Shown here piece after piece: positions 1 to 11,168 of a DNA stretch of 42,556 bases. Origin of the DNA: Octopus bimaculoides (lineage: Eukaryota); the NCBI RefSeq assembly GCF_001194135.2, contig NC_068999.1, forward strand, positions 38,970,376 to 39,012,931, written 5' to 3'. The stretch's first letter is position 1, and each line of letters starts with the position of its first letter. A program made the position numbers and the translations under genes. Below the pieces are notes generated by a model. That model was not told the DNA's origin. It did not search any database and worked only from the letters and a program-made list of their open reading frames with translations.

Positions 1-519
1 TATATATATATGTATATAAGTATGTATATATATATATATATATATATAAGCATATATATACATATGTATACATATATATATATACCCTTACACATATATA
101 AATACACGCAATATATATGTATTGTGTGTGTGTACACACATATAGGGAGAGAGAGAGAGAGTAAGGAGAGAAAAAGTAGATAAATGTACACATATACACA
201 CACTTATGAATTATAATATGCATATATGTATATATACACATATATTTATACACACGCATACACACAGACGTGTGTGTAAATAGATAGATAAACTGATAGA
301 TAGATAGATGGATAAATAGAAAGATAACCAGACAGACATGAAATTTTCGCTCTAACTATACCTACTCGCTCACCCACACTCAGACCTAATATCCAATAAC
401 ATAATAATTTATGTGTATGTATATATATCCGTGTACGTGTTTATGTACGTGTGTGTGTGTGTGCATGTATGTTATGTGTCGTGTGTCTTTTCCTTTCATT
501 TATCTATTTCATGAAAACA

Positions 520-735
520 AAAGGAGATGATAAAAGGCAGATAACGAAAGATATGCTGACGATGCAATAACAAGGGAGGGGACACTGGAGCTCAATATAA
601 TCATCAATGACGTTGAGATTGTCTCACATAGAATGACACGGACTCAACCTTTGTAAATTTGTCTACAATGAAACTAATGCAGAGACACCGAGTTGCAAGT
701 CATCAGTGTTAACGTTGGAAGCAGAAATATGAGAA
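520..735 (+). mobile_element. Heavily decayed non-LTR (RTE-like) reverse transcriptase fragment
   Basis: 549-563 reads RYADD, the RT catalytic motif. It is preceded by RQIT in an adjacent frame and followed by AITREGTLELNIIINDVEIVSHRM, then GLNL after a frameshift. This matches the RTE-type pattern GR-I-NLRYADD...GL-IN. Manual translation only. Confidence 0.45.
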
Positions 736-811
736 GAGAAGGAGACAGAGAGAGAGAGAGAGAGAGAAGTGTGTGTGATTATATATATAGATATATATAT
801 ATATATATATG

Positions 812-844
<33 letters not shown>

Positions 845-855
845 AATTATATATA

Positions 856-1685
856 NNNNNNNNNNNNNNNNNNNNNNNNNNNNNNNNNNNNNNNNNNNNN
901 NNNNNNNNNNNNNNNNNNNNNNNNNNNNNNNNNNNNNNNNNNNNNNNNNNNNNNNNNNNNNNNNNNNNNNNNNNNNNNNNNNNNNNNNNNNNNNNNNNNN
1001 NNNNNNNNNNNNNNNNNNNNNNNNNNNNNNNNNNNNNNNNNNNNNNNNNNNNNNNNNNNNNNNNNNNNNNNNNNNNNNNNNNNNNNNNNNNNNNNNNNNN
1101 NNNNNNNNNNNNNNNNNNNNNNNNNNNNNNNNNNNNNNNNNNNNNNNNNNNNNNNNNNNNNNNNNNNNNNNNNNNNNNNNNNNNNNNNNNNNNNNNNNNN
1201 NNNNNNNNNNNNNNNNNNNNNNNNNNNNNNNNNNNNNNNNNNNNNNNNNNNNNNNNNNNNNNNNNNNNNNNNNNNNNNNNNNNNNNNNNNNNNNNNNNNN
1301 NNNNNNNNNNNNNNNNNNNNNNNNNNNNNNNNNNNNNNNNNNNNNNNNNNNNNNNNNNNNNNNNNNNNNNNNNNNNNNNNNNNNNNNNNNNNNNNNNNNN
1401 NNNNNNNNNNNNNNNNNNNNNNNNNNNNNNNNNNNNNNNNNNNNNNNNNNNNNNNNNNNNNNNNNNNNNNNNNNNNNNNNNNNNNNNNNNNNNNNNNNNN
1501 NNNNNNNNNNNNNNNNNNNNNNNNNNNNNNNNNNNNNNNNNNNNNNNNNNNNNNNNNNNNNNNNNNNNNNNNNNNNNNNNNNNNNNNNNNNNNNNNNNNN
1601 NNNNNNNNNNNNNNNNNNNNNNNNNNNNNNNNNNNNNNNNNNNNNNNNNNNNNNNNNNNNNNNNNNNNNNNNNNNNNNNNNNNNN
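856..1685. other. Assembly gap (830 N)
   Basis: Run of N flanked by (TA)n on both sides. Confidence 0.99.
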
Positions 1686-1739
1686 TATATATATATATAT
1701 ATATATATATGTATTATCTCACACACACCCATATGCACG

Positions 1740-1992
1740 GAAAGAAGCAGAGAGCGAGAGGATGAGTGAAGGAGAGAGAGAGAGAGAGACAGAAAGGAAA
1801 AAGAGAGACAAAAGAGAACAAGGAAAGATACTGCGATACATACATATATATAGATAGATAGATATAGACACACACACATGCACACACATACTGATATATG
1901 CACACACACACACACATGTATAAACTTATTTGAGTATATGTGTTTCTGTATGCGTGAATTTGAAAATATATAGAAAGAGATCAAAAGAAATA

Positions 1993-2032
<40 letters not shown>

Positions 2033-2470
2033 AAAGGACTTGGAAAGAGTGTATATTGAGCATATGAATGATGGAGGAGGTGGGATGGGGTGGGGGTGCT
2101 GATAGTGATTATGAACAAAGATTGATGATAATGATTAAAGATAAAGAAGAGAAATCAAGAAAAGTTTGCTATATGAGAAAGGAGAGAGGGAGAGAAGGCA
2201 TGAAAAGAGCGGAGAGAAAAGAGGAGAAAGGAGAGAGCAAAAGAGAGGTAATTAGACAGGGAGAGAAAGGAGATAAGAGGTGAAATATGAGAGAGAGAGA
2301 GAGAGAGCAGAGGGAAGAGGAGAAAAGAGAGAGGAGCGTAGACAGAGAGAGCAGATTGAAGAGGAGAGAGCAGATTGAAGAGGAAGAAGGAGAGAGAGAG
2401 GAAAGCAGACAGACAGAGAGCAGGGTATAGAGGAGAAAGGACAAAGAAAGAGAGAGAGGGGGGGGGAGAT
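1740..2470. repeat. Purine-rich (GA)n low-complexity tract with mixed microsatellites, including a 19-bp direct duplication at 2345-2382
   Basis: Long GA/AG runs. GAGAGAGCAGATTGAAGAG occurs twice in tandem (2345-2363, 2364-2382). Confidence 0.9.
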
Positions 2471-2609
2471 TGAAGGCGGGATAAATATTACGGGAAATAT
2501 TTTGACAGGTTGTCTTTATGTGAATATATTATTTCAGGTTAGACAAATTGGAGATTTTCTTGGAGAAATGAGAAAATATAAAGATAGACTGATAGACAGA
2601 CAGACAGAT

Positions 2610-3050
<441 letters not shown>

Positions 3051-3125
3051 TATATATAAATATACCCATACATATATGTGTGTGTATATGTACGTGTGTT
3101 TGTGTGTGCCTATGCGTATATATAT

Positions 3126-3156
<31 letters not shown>

Positions 3157-3349
3157 GCGAGAGAGAGCATGCCGTTGAAAATTTCTTTTCCTTCTTTGGA
3201 TTTTTCTCTTCATCCTCGAAAGAATATTCGATGACCACAAATCGATTCGAACCTAGTTTCTCGAAATTGGTGCTCAAGCCTTGAGAAAAAAAAAATGAGT
3301 TAAACTACATCAGCCGTAAGGGAATACATGTCTATCTTATCTAACTCGT

Positions 3350-3640
3350 CCAGTAGAGCCCACTGTTACTCGTACTTCGATGTAACCCCGAGGTTTGGAC
3401 AACAAACTCGAGTTGGATAAACTCGAATAGTAAGCGATTTGCTATTTATAACCGTTTTATGAAGTCACTATTTTTGTTAAAAAATTGTTCAATTTGCATC
3501 TCCTCAACGCAAACGGACTGGTTCTTTTAAAGTTACTCTTGGGTAAAGTTCGAAAAAAAAGCTCGAATAGCATAGATCTCGAATGAAAACTCTGCAGCTA
3601 TCAAGAACTTCTGAGTTTTACTTTTGCATAATACTATTAC
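3350..3640. mobile_element. Possible decayed MITE with CTCGAA-type subterminal motifs
   Basis: Starts CAGTAGAGCCC and carries several CTCGA(A/G) motifs (about 3407, 3422, 3562, 3578). No clean matching TIR or TSD found. Confidence 0.25.
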
Positions 3641-4162
3641 TAATAGCAATTCACCATAGGTAGGCATAAAGGAAAACAAAATAATAATCCTGTTATAACG
3701 ACCTGTCTGAATGCGTCCACGTGTTATCTAAGATACGTGTATGCCATGTACAATAGACAGTCTAGGTAAAAGACATACCACGGAGGGAGGGAGGATGTAG
3801 CATAAACTCAACGCTTTAAAGCAATTTTATGCAATTTTGTGGGAAGGGTGAAATTACCCTTATGTTTAATAGTTATGATCAACAATTGTTGATTTAAATC
3901 AGACCAGGTTTATTAGCTATCCTGAGATAAGGGTTTAAAAAGTTTCCCAACTGATATTTCTCTCAAAAACGTTGCAGTTTGTAAAAATGTACAAATTATC
4001 TTGAATGAACTAATCAAACATACGCAAAAAATAGAAAAAGAATCATTCGTTTATGATCTCCCCTTGTTCTGACCGGTCGACGTAACGGAGCATCTTTTGG
4101 TAGGAGCTATAGCAGTGTTCATGAGTTATTTCATCGAACTTTTCGATATCAATTGGTAGATC

Positions 4163-4682
4163 NNNNNNNNNNNNNNNNNNNNNNNNNNNNNNNNNNNNNN
4201 NNNNNNNNNNNNNNNNNNNNNNNNNNNNNNNNNNNNNNNNNNNNNNNNNNNNNNNNNNNNNNNNNNNNNNNNNNNNNNNNNNNNNNNNNNNNNNNNNNNN
4301 NNNNNNNNNNNNNNNNNNNNNNNNNNNNNNNNNNNNNNNNNNNNNNNNNNNNNNNNNNNNNNNNNNNNNNNNNNNNNNNNNNNNNNNNNNNNNNNNNNNN
4401 NNNNNNNNNNNNNNNNNNNNNNNNNNNNNNNNNNNNNNNNNNNNNNNNNNNNNNNNNNNNNNNNNNNNNNNNNNNNNNNNNNNNNNNNNNNNNNNNNNNN
4501 NNNNNNNNNNNNNNNNNNNNNNNNNNNNNNNNNNNNNNNNNNNNNNNNNNNNNNNNNNNNNNNNNNNNNNNNNNNNNNNNNNNNNNNNNNNNNNNNNNNN
4601 NNNNNNNNNNNNNNNNNNNNNNNNNNNNNNNNNNNNNNNNNNNNNNNNNNNNNNNNNNNNNNNNNNNNNNNNNNNNNNNNNN
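4163..4682. other. Assembly gap (520 N)
   Basis: Run of N; right flank is (TG)n. Confidence 0.99.
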
Positions 4683-4741
<59 letters not shown>

Positions 4742-5261
4742 ATGCGTATATATGCCTTTATATTTCAGTCTGTAGTGGAGAGGTGAGCAAGTATTTAACG
4801 CTACATTCTCTAAACATACCACCATAAAACTACATATATACGCCAGATACTTTGATGTATTCTATGTATCATGGAGTTTCATGTATAAAACTTAACTGAC
4901 GGATTACATAATTTTCGTTTGCAGCAATCATAACAAGGCGAGGCATTGGCGCGTGTGTTATCACAGGAGTTTGCATGCTAGGATTAATAACGGATTTGTG
5001 AGAAGGCGTTGGTCTTGGCATGAAAGAAGAGAAATAGAAACACAGCGAGAGAGAGAGAGAGAGAGAGAGTGTGTGTGCGTATGTGTGTGTGGCAAAGAAG
5101 CGTGTGCGAGCGCGTAGTGTATGTGTGTGTGAGAGAGGGACTTTTGCAAGTCCGTAGTTAAGGTGATTCCACTAATGTCTCCTGGCATGAAAGCTCAAGT
5201 GTTAAATTAAAATTGATGATGGACATCATAGAAGTGACAGCAATGGCAAAGTCAGTGGTAA

Positions 5262-5342
5262 TGATGATGTTGATGATGATGATGATGGTGACGATGATGG
5301 TGGTGGTGGTGGTGGTGGTGGTGGTGATGATGACGACGATGT
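5262..5342. repeat. Compound trinucleotide repeat (GAT)n(GGT)n(GAT/GAC)n
   Basis: Seen directly. It explains the poly-M/poly-V and poly-I/poly-T ORFs in the track. Confidence 0.95.
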
Positions 5343-5699
5343 CGCTGAGGTATACTATAATGGTGTTTATCATAGTCGGCGTCATCGGTCTCATAATTAT
5401 GATGACGATCATCGTAATCGGTATCGCTCTGTTATCACGTGTTGAATGCCAAAGCTTGCGGCCGGGGGGAGCAGCACGTCACTGTTTAAGCGAAAACGCG
5501 TTACATTCCATGCTATATGGGTATATGTGTGTATGCGTGCGTGTGTGTGTGTGAGTGCGTGTGTGTGTGTGCGTGTGTGTGTGTGCGCGTACACACGTGC
5601 GTGTGTTTAACTTTCCATTTGTTTATATGTATATATATACTTATCCTGATATTTTTGTACCCCCATACACACACACATTGATGCGTGCACGCACACAGG

Positions 5700-5734
<35 letters not shown>

Positions 5735-5973
5735 TTACACGCATATACACACATGCACGCCAGGATGGTTCCAATGAAAGTGCTAGTAATTTTGCAATCA
5801 TTACGAAGAACGAAATGATTCATACTTTTTATTTTTTCTATTTTTGCTTTTGAAAGAATTCTGTTTAAGATAGGAAAAAAAAATATAATCGAAGCTTGCA
5901 ACAGCGCTCTGCTATGTTAATTTTTTTTTTTCTAGATGCATAGCTTGTTTTAAGGGCCATGGAAAATTTCCCA

Positions 5974-6016
<43 letters not shown>

Positions 6017-7894
6017 GCGCGTGCGGGCGCACATGCACATACTACATAAGAATTTCCAGTTCATTTGTAGAACGAATGATGTCATGATGTCGATTGAGGC
6101 GGCCATTTTTCAACAAAAAATATGCGAAGTAACAAGCCAGCATTGTAACTGGTCAATGTTACTTCCTGTTCGCTATTAATGTATCTCTCTTTCATTCTCT
6201 CTCTCTTTCTCTCTCTCATTGTATATCTGTGCGTGTGCGTGTGTGACTGTTTCCGAAGAACTTCTTCTTACGTCAGAGTGTACATAGACAGGTGAAATAC
6301 GATTGGCTATACACATACGCAAACACACACTCACTTACACACTTACACACATACACACATGCACACATACACACACACATTTATATACCTTTGGGAAAAC
6401 ATACGTCTATGTATGTATGCACAATTATATTTTTGGTAAACTAAAATTTACTTTATAAATGTAGAAAAATCAGTTTAATTTTTGTTGTCAACAAAATGTG
6501 AACCTGATTCTCTCAGTTGAGAAATTCAGGTGTATATTTTGCTAAATTTATTTTTCAATGGCTGAAACGACAACAGATGTTGTTGAAATTTGCGTATCTG
6601 GCTAATAGCATGAACAATAAGAGATATCTGCAAGTGGAAATAAATGCTCGGAATAAGGGAGACGATACTCTAGAAGAGAGAGAGGGGGGGGGGAATAGGA
6701 AAATGTAATAAAGAGAAAGAGACTGGAAGGAAGAGCATGTGAGAAAGAATTGTTCTTGACCATTTTCTCTTGATGTTTTCCCCTTTTATGAATCATGGCA
6801 TTATCTTATAAAATTGAGAATTTTGCTTACAATTTCTGTTTTCTGATTCGATCCTCTCTTGGTAAAGAGGGAGAGACAATAAAAGAGAGAACTATATCAG
6901 TTTTCTCCGAAATTATTAACTGGTTCTTGCACAATTTGGCTTGAAATTAGTCAAATATTAGCCTTGGATTCATTGCTTTTAGCATTATAACTACTTCACT
7001 GATCAAATTGATGCTTGGACAGGTTACATAAAACAAGACACGAACTTGTGAGCAATAAATATATTGGCAACGATTCTTGCAATCTATTTAAGCTCAATGA
7101 GTGGACCAGTGACAGGAGATTATTAGCCATTTCCTGCCATTATATCTTCAAAAACATTGAGAAAACAACTGGAAACTTTCTGAGACTCTTTCAAACAGAC
7201 TCTATCCATCAAAGTTCTCAGTTGGCACGTATTCAACAGTATTTGATTAATTGATTCAAGCTAAATGATTTATGAGAACATATGCTTCTTTTACATATTG
7301 GATTAAAAGACTTGGCACCTGACTCTACTATTTCATACCAGTGTTTGGTGTTGATTATAATAATAATTTTCTTGTTGGCCCTTTAAATAAGTTGCAATTA
7401 AGATGAATATAATTTTTTTGACTAACTGACAAATTTTGCTGTTTGTCTTTTCGCTTAATTTGTCTGAATCTAAATGAATTCCCCGCAACTCTTGTTTGAC
7501 AATTTCTTCACTTCAGTCTGTCATCGAAGGTTGTGTCTGAAAATCAATATTACAAGATAAACGTATTTATCTATAATTGTTTCTGGACACGATATTTGAA
7601 TTGTATTTTATGTCGATCTGTTTATCTGTAATGACAGAAATATTCCTGGTTCGTTTACAAGACACAATAATAACATACGGCTAACTACATTCTTGTTGGT
7701 AGATTTGTGAAGTTTTGTTCAGCTACTCAATTAGTTTTGTTTTTGAATTTTTTTTTTTTTTTTACCTCCTTTCGGCTAGAAATGGTAGACACTGTACAGA
7801 TGAGGAACAAGTCTGTTTTGTTGGCAGAATCATTAGAGCTTCGGAGAAAATGCCATGTGGTCTTTCTTCTAACTTATATTTTAAGTTCAAATCC

Positions 7895-7971
7895 GTTATT
7901 GTTGACTTCAACAAAATGCTTAGCGGTATTGCTTCCAGTATTTCTTCGCCTTGTGTGTTTAAAGTCACTTT
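7895..7971 (+). mobile_element. 5' part of a family-B tRNA-derived SINE interrupted by the MITE
   Basis: AAAATGCTTAGCGGTATT matches the family-B head seen (reverse-complemented) at 15075-15092 and 25441-25458. The SINE body resumes right after the MITE. Confidence 0.7.
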
Positions 7972-8543
7972 GGATCTTTTTTAAAACGGGGGCCACATTT
8001 TTCATTAACGAAACACTTTGAAACTTGGATCACTGGTAGAATGTGTCATATAAAACATCTTTTTCTCTTAGTCTTCTTAAATAAAAAAGAAATCCATAAA
8101 TTATTCCATGTTAAAGTTGTCGTATTTCTGTAATTTCAACCAATCACTGACGTCCATTCAGCCGATATACATTAAGTGCCGACTACATAAACAAACGATT
8201 CTGAAACAATTAACCCTAACTCTAACCCTAACCCTAACCCTAGGGTTAGAGTTAGGGTTAGGGTTAGGGTTAAAGCAAATTTAAAATGAAAAAAGCAAAT
8301 AAAACGAAGAATCGTTTGTTTATGTAGTCGGCACTTAATGTATATCGGCTGAATGGACGTCAGTGATTGGTTGAAATTATCGAAATAAGACAATTTTTTA
8401 CATGAAATAAATTCGAATACAAAAATATTTTTCTGTTCTATAACACAAAATAGATAAGTATACGAAGTTTGAAAGTCTTTCGGTACCAAAAGCACTACGT
8501 AAAACATTAATGAAAAATGTGGCCCCCGTTTTAAAAAAGATCC
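7972..8543. mobile_element. Non-autonomous DNA transposon (MITE), 572 bp, 37-bp perfect TIRs, 8-bp TSD, possibly Merlin-type
   Basis: TIR GGATCTTTTTTAAAACGGGGGCCACATTTTTCATTAA at 7972-8008 and its exact reverse complement at 8507-8543 (37/37). TSD GTCACTTT at 7964-7971 and 8544-8551. Perfect 72-bp inner inverted repeat at 8131-8202 / 8308-8379. GG termini with an 8-bp TSD fit Merlin, but hAT, P and MULE elements also make 8-9-bp TSDs, so the superfamily is tentative. Confidence 0.93.
8211..8272. repeat. Divergent telomeric-repeat palindrome (TAACCC)5-TA-(GGGTTA)5 at the MITE centre
   Basis: Five hexamers per arm, each arm with one variant unit (TAACTC or GAGTTA). The symmetry centre is CCCTAGGG at 8238-8245. 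Confidence 0.95.
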
Positions 8544-8551
8544 GTCACTTT

Positions 8552-8627
8552 TCCTTTTTATCCCTCCGGGGCCGATAAATATGAATTACCAGTATTGTAC
8601 TAGGGTCAATGATATCAACTAATACCC
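8552..8627 (+). mobile_element. 3' part of the family-B SINE interrupted by the MITE
   Basis: TCCTTTTTATCCCTCCGGGGCCGATAAATATGAATTACCAG...CTAGGGTCAATG matches the family-B body GCCTTTCATCCTTTCGGGGTCGAT...AAGTACCAG...GAGGTCGAT read from the copy at 21360-21541. Confidence 0.75.
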
Positions 8628-8989
8628 TTTCATCGAACTTACTGGACTTGTGTCAAAATGTGAAAATCGGAAACGAGACGAATGAGCGTCTGAACTGTTT
8701 GCGTCTTACTGCAGTTGAACAAACAGATGGTAATATTGAATAACCGAATGAATGGAGAAGTTATGCGTAAAAGAACTGGAGAACACTAAGCTATGTGTAG
8801 TAAATTAGAAAGGAAATATGTGGCTTTGGCATCACTCCTGCGGGCTGGATCATGTAAGTTAACAAAATCTTCAAACATGGGAAATTTCTATCTCACAATC
8901 TGACCAGTGGTGAAGGCACACGAACTAATATTTCCATTTCGAACCTGCATTACTTGAGAAATTTCAATTTCTACCTTCGTATCCAAATA

Positions 8990-9130
8990 GCTGCAGGTTT
9001 GACTGTATGCTTAAGAAGTGCACTTCACAACCAAATGGTTTAGGGTTCAATACTGCTCGTCAGAAACCTCGGCACATGTTTCTAGTAGAGCTCCGGGCAG
9101 ACATATACTTTGTGAGTGAACTTAACTGAC
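8990..9130 (+). mobile_element. Old family-A SINE fragment (head plus CORE)
   Basis: CAACCAAATGGTTTAGGGTTCAAT and TTTGTGAGTGAACTT align with the 2711 copy. Confidence 0.55.
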
Positions 9131-9989
9131 AAATATCTTTGTTTAAGTATTTTCTCATTAATTCATATTTACCGTTTCTGTAACCTAATGCTGCTATAAT
9201 TTTCCTTAGTTCCTCACTTTGTTGTTTTCAAAGCGTGATTATCCTCAGCCTCATTGGACATATTCGTGTGTATGCATATATGTGTGTGTGTGTGTGTTTC
9301 TGTGTGTGCAGAGTTCGCTAAATAGAGAAGCACAAACACTTCAAGCACGTGTGGTACAAGTCAGTGACATGGACACGTCAAGAGGAAGTTGTCCGATTTG
9401 ATCTCGTAAAAAGATGGCTTGAAAAATTTTCAGAAATATCACACAACACTGACTGTGCGTCGTGAAAAGTGTTAACTAATTCTCTAGCAGACACGTAAGT
9501 TTTCAAGAACTATTTTCAAGTAGACGTTTCATTTAAAAGACACTTCTCTTTATTAAACAATATAGTAATTTATCTATTAACATTTTGACTAATTTTCTGA
9601 GTTGTATCTGATTCGCCAAGTCAGCAAGTTGGAGTGATGTATTGTGCTGGTTGGGGTTGGAAAATTATTGAATATTACACTAGAAACTGTATCTGTATGC
9701 ATATGTAGATATATACACATGCAAAACTATCTAGTAGATATCTGTATGCATATATGTATTTACATACTTTAAACATATATGAAGTGTAGAAGTTTATTAT
9801 ATATACCCACATTTATATATAATATATGTAGTATATATATATTATATATATACATTTATATATATAAATATATATATGTATGGGTATATATATATATATA
9901 TACAATTATAAATATGTATGTGTATATGTATGTATGTATGTATGTATTTATACGTACGTATGTATACACACATATACATATATGTACTC

Positions 9990-10031
<42 letters not shown>

Positions 10032-10823
10032 NNNNNNNNNNNNNNNNNNNNNNNNNNNNNNNNNNNNNNNNNNNNNNNNNNNNNNNNNNNNNNNNNNNNN
10101 NNNNNNNNNNNNNNNNNNNNNNNNNNNNNNNNNNNNNNNNNNNNNNNNNNNNNNNNNNNNNNNNNNNNNNNNNNNNNNNNNNNNNNNNNNNNNNNNNNNN
10201 NNNNNNNNNNNNNNNNNNNNNNNNNNNNNNNNNNNNNNNNNNNNNNNNNNNNNNNNNNNNNNNNNNNNNNNNNNNNNNNNNNNNNNNNNNNNNNNNNNNN
10301 NNNNNNNNNNNNNNNNNNNNNNNNNNNNNNNNNNNNNNNNNNNNNNNNNNNNNNNNNNNNNNNNNNNNNNNNNNNNNNNNNNNNNNNNNNNNNNNNNNNN
10401 NNNNNNNNNNNNNNNNNNNNNNNNNNNNNNNNNNNNNNNNNNNNNNNNNNNNNNNNNNNNNNNNNNNNNNNNNNNNNNNNNNNNNNNNNNNNNNNNNNNN
10501 NNNNNNNNNNNNNNNNNNNNNNNNNNNNNNNNNNNNNNNNNNNNNNNNNNNNNNNNNNNNNNNNNNNNNNNNNNNNNNNNNNNNNNNNNNNNNNNNNNNN
10601 NNNNNNNNNNNNNNNNNNNNNNNNNNNNNNNNNNNNNNNNNNNNNNNNNNNNNNNNNNNNNNNNNNNNNNNNNNNNNNNNNNNNNNNNNNNNNNNNNNNN
10701 NNNNNNNNNNNNNNNNNNNNNNNNNNNNNNNNNNNNNNNNNNNNNNNNNNNNNNNNNNNNNNNNNNNNNNNNNNNNNNNNNNNNNNNNNNNNNNNNNNNN
10801 NNNNNNNNNNNNNNNNNNNNNNN
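10032..10823. other. Assembly gap (792 N)
   Basis: Run of N; left flank is (TA)n. Confidence 0.99.
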
Positions 10824-11056
10824 GCAGCTGAAGATTGCTCTTCATATTGCATTTAAGGGAATGCTCGCATTACTTAAATAAATTAAAGTAGCATGAAACG
10901 TGCGTACTGCAATCACCTTTGAAATCCGTGTTGCTTATTTTTTATTTTTTTTTTATTTTTTGATTTTAATCACCTATCCTTTTGGGATGCGATATTCGGG
11001 TGCCTACGCATAAGTACCATATTCAACCTTGAATCTATATGTATATATATGTATGC

Positions 11057-11106
<50 letters not shown>

Positions 11107-11117
11107 GTGTATTCTTT

Positions 11118-11168
11118 TACTCGTTTCAGCCATTTTCACTACGGCCATGCTACTGGACCGCCTTCAAG
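11118..11168 (-). mobile_element. Family-A SINE 3' tail fragment
   Basis: Reverse complement GAAGGCGGTCCAGTAGCATGGCCGTAGTGAAAATGGCTGAAACGAGTA resembles the tail motif at 22035-22058 and 34163-34186. Confidence 0.6.

Noticed and set aside
693-1984. Long ORFs (358 aa, 389 aa) and similar ORFs spanning the other N gaps
   Set aside because: They stay open only because N codons are not stops; the real parts are translated (TA)n, (CA)n and (GA)n.
4924-4996. Possible plus-strand exon (TTTGCAG acceptor; IITRRGIGACVITGVCMLGLITD; GTGAGA)
   Set aside because: Short, unrecognised peptide with a weak donor and no compatible neighbouring exons.
5158-5554. ORFs with poly-Met/Val or poly-Ile/Thr resembling membrane proteins
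   Set aside because: Products of (GAT)n(GGT)n repeats, with no domain or splice support.
7762-7968. 68-aa ORF that superficially resembles an RT fragment
   Set aside because: Its upstream portion is the reverse complement of a family-B SINE head, and it begins inside the MITE target-site duplication.
8211-8272. Telomere-telomere chromosome fusion site
   Set aside because: The orientation is opposite to a fusion, the arrays are short, and the block sits inside a TIR/TSD-bounded transposon.
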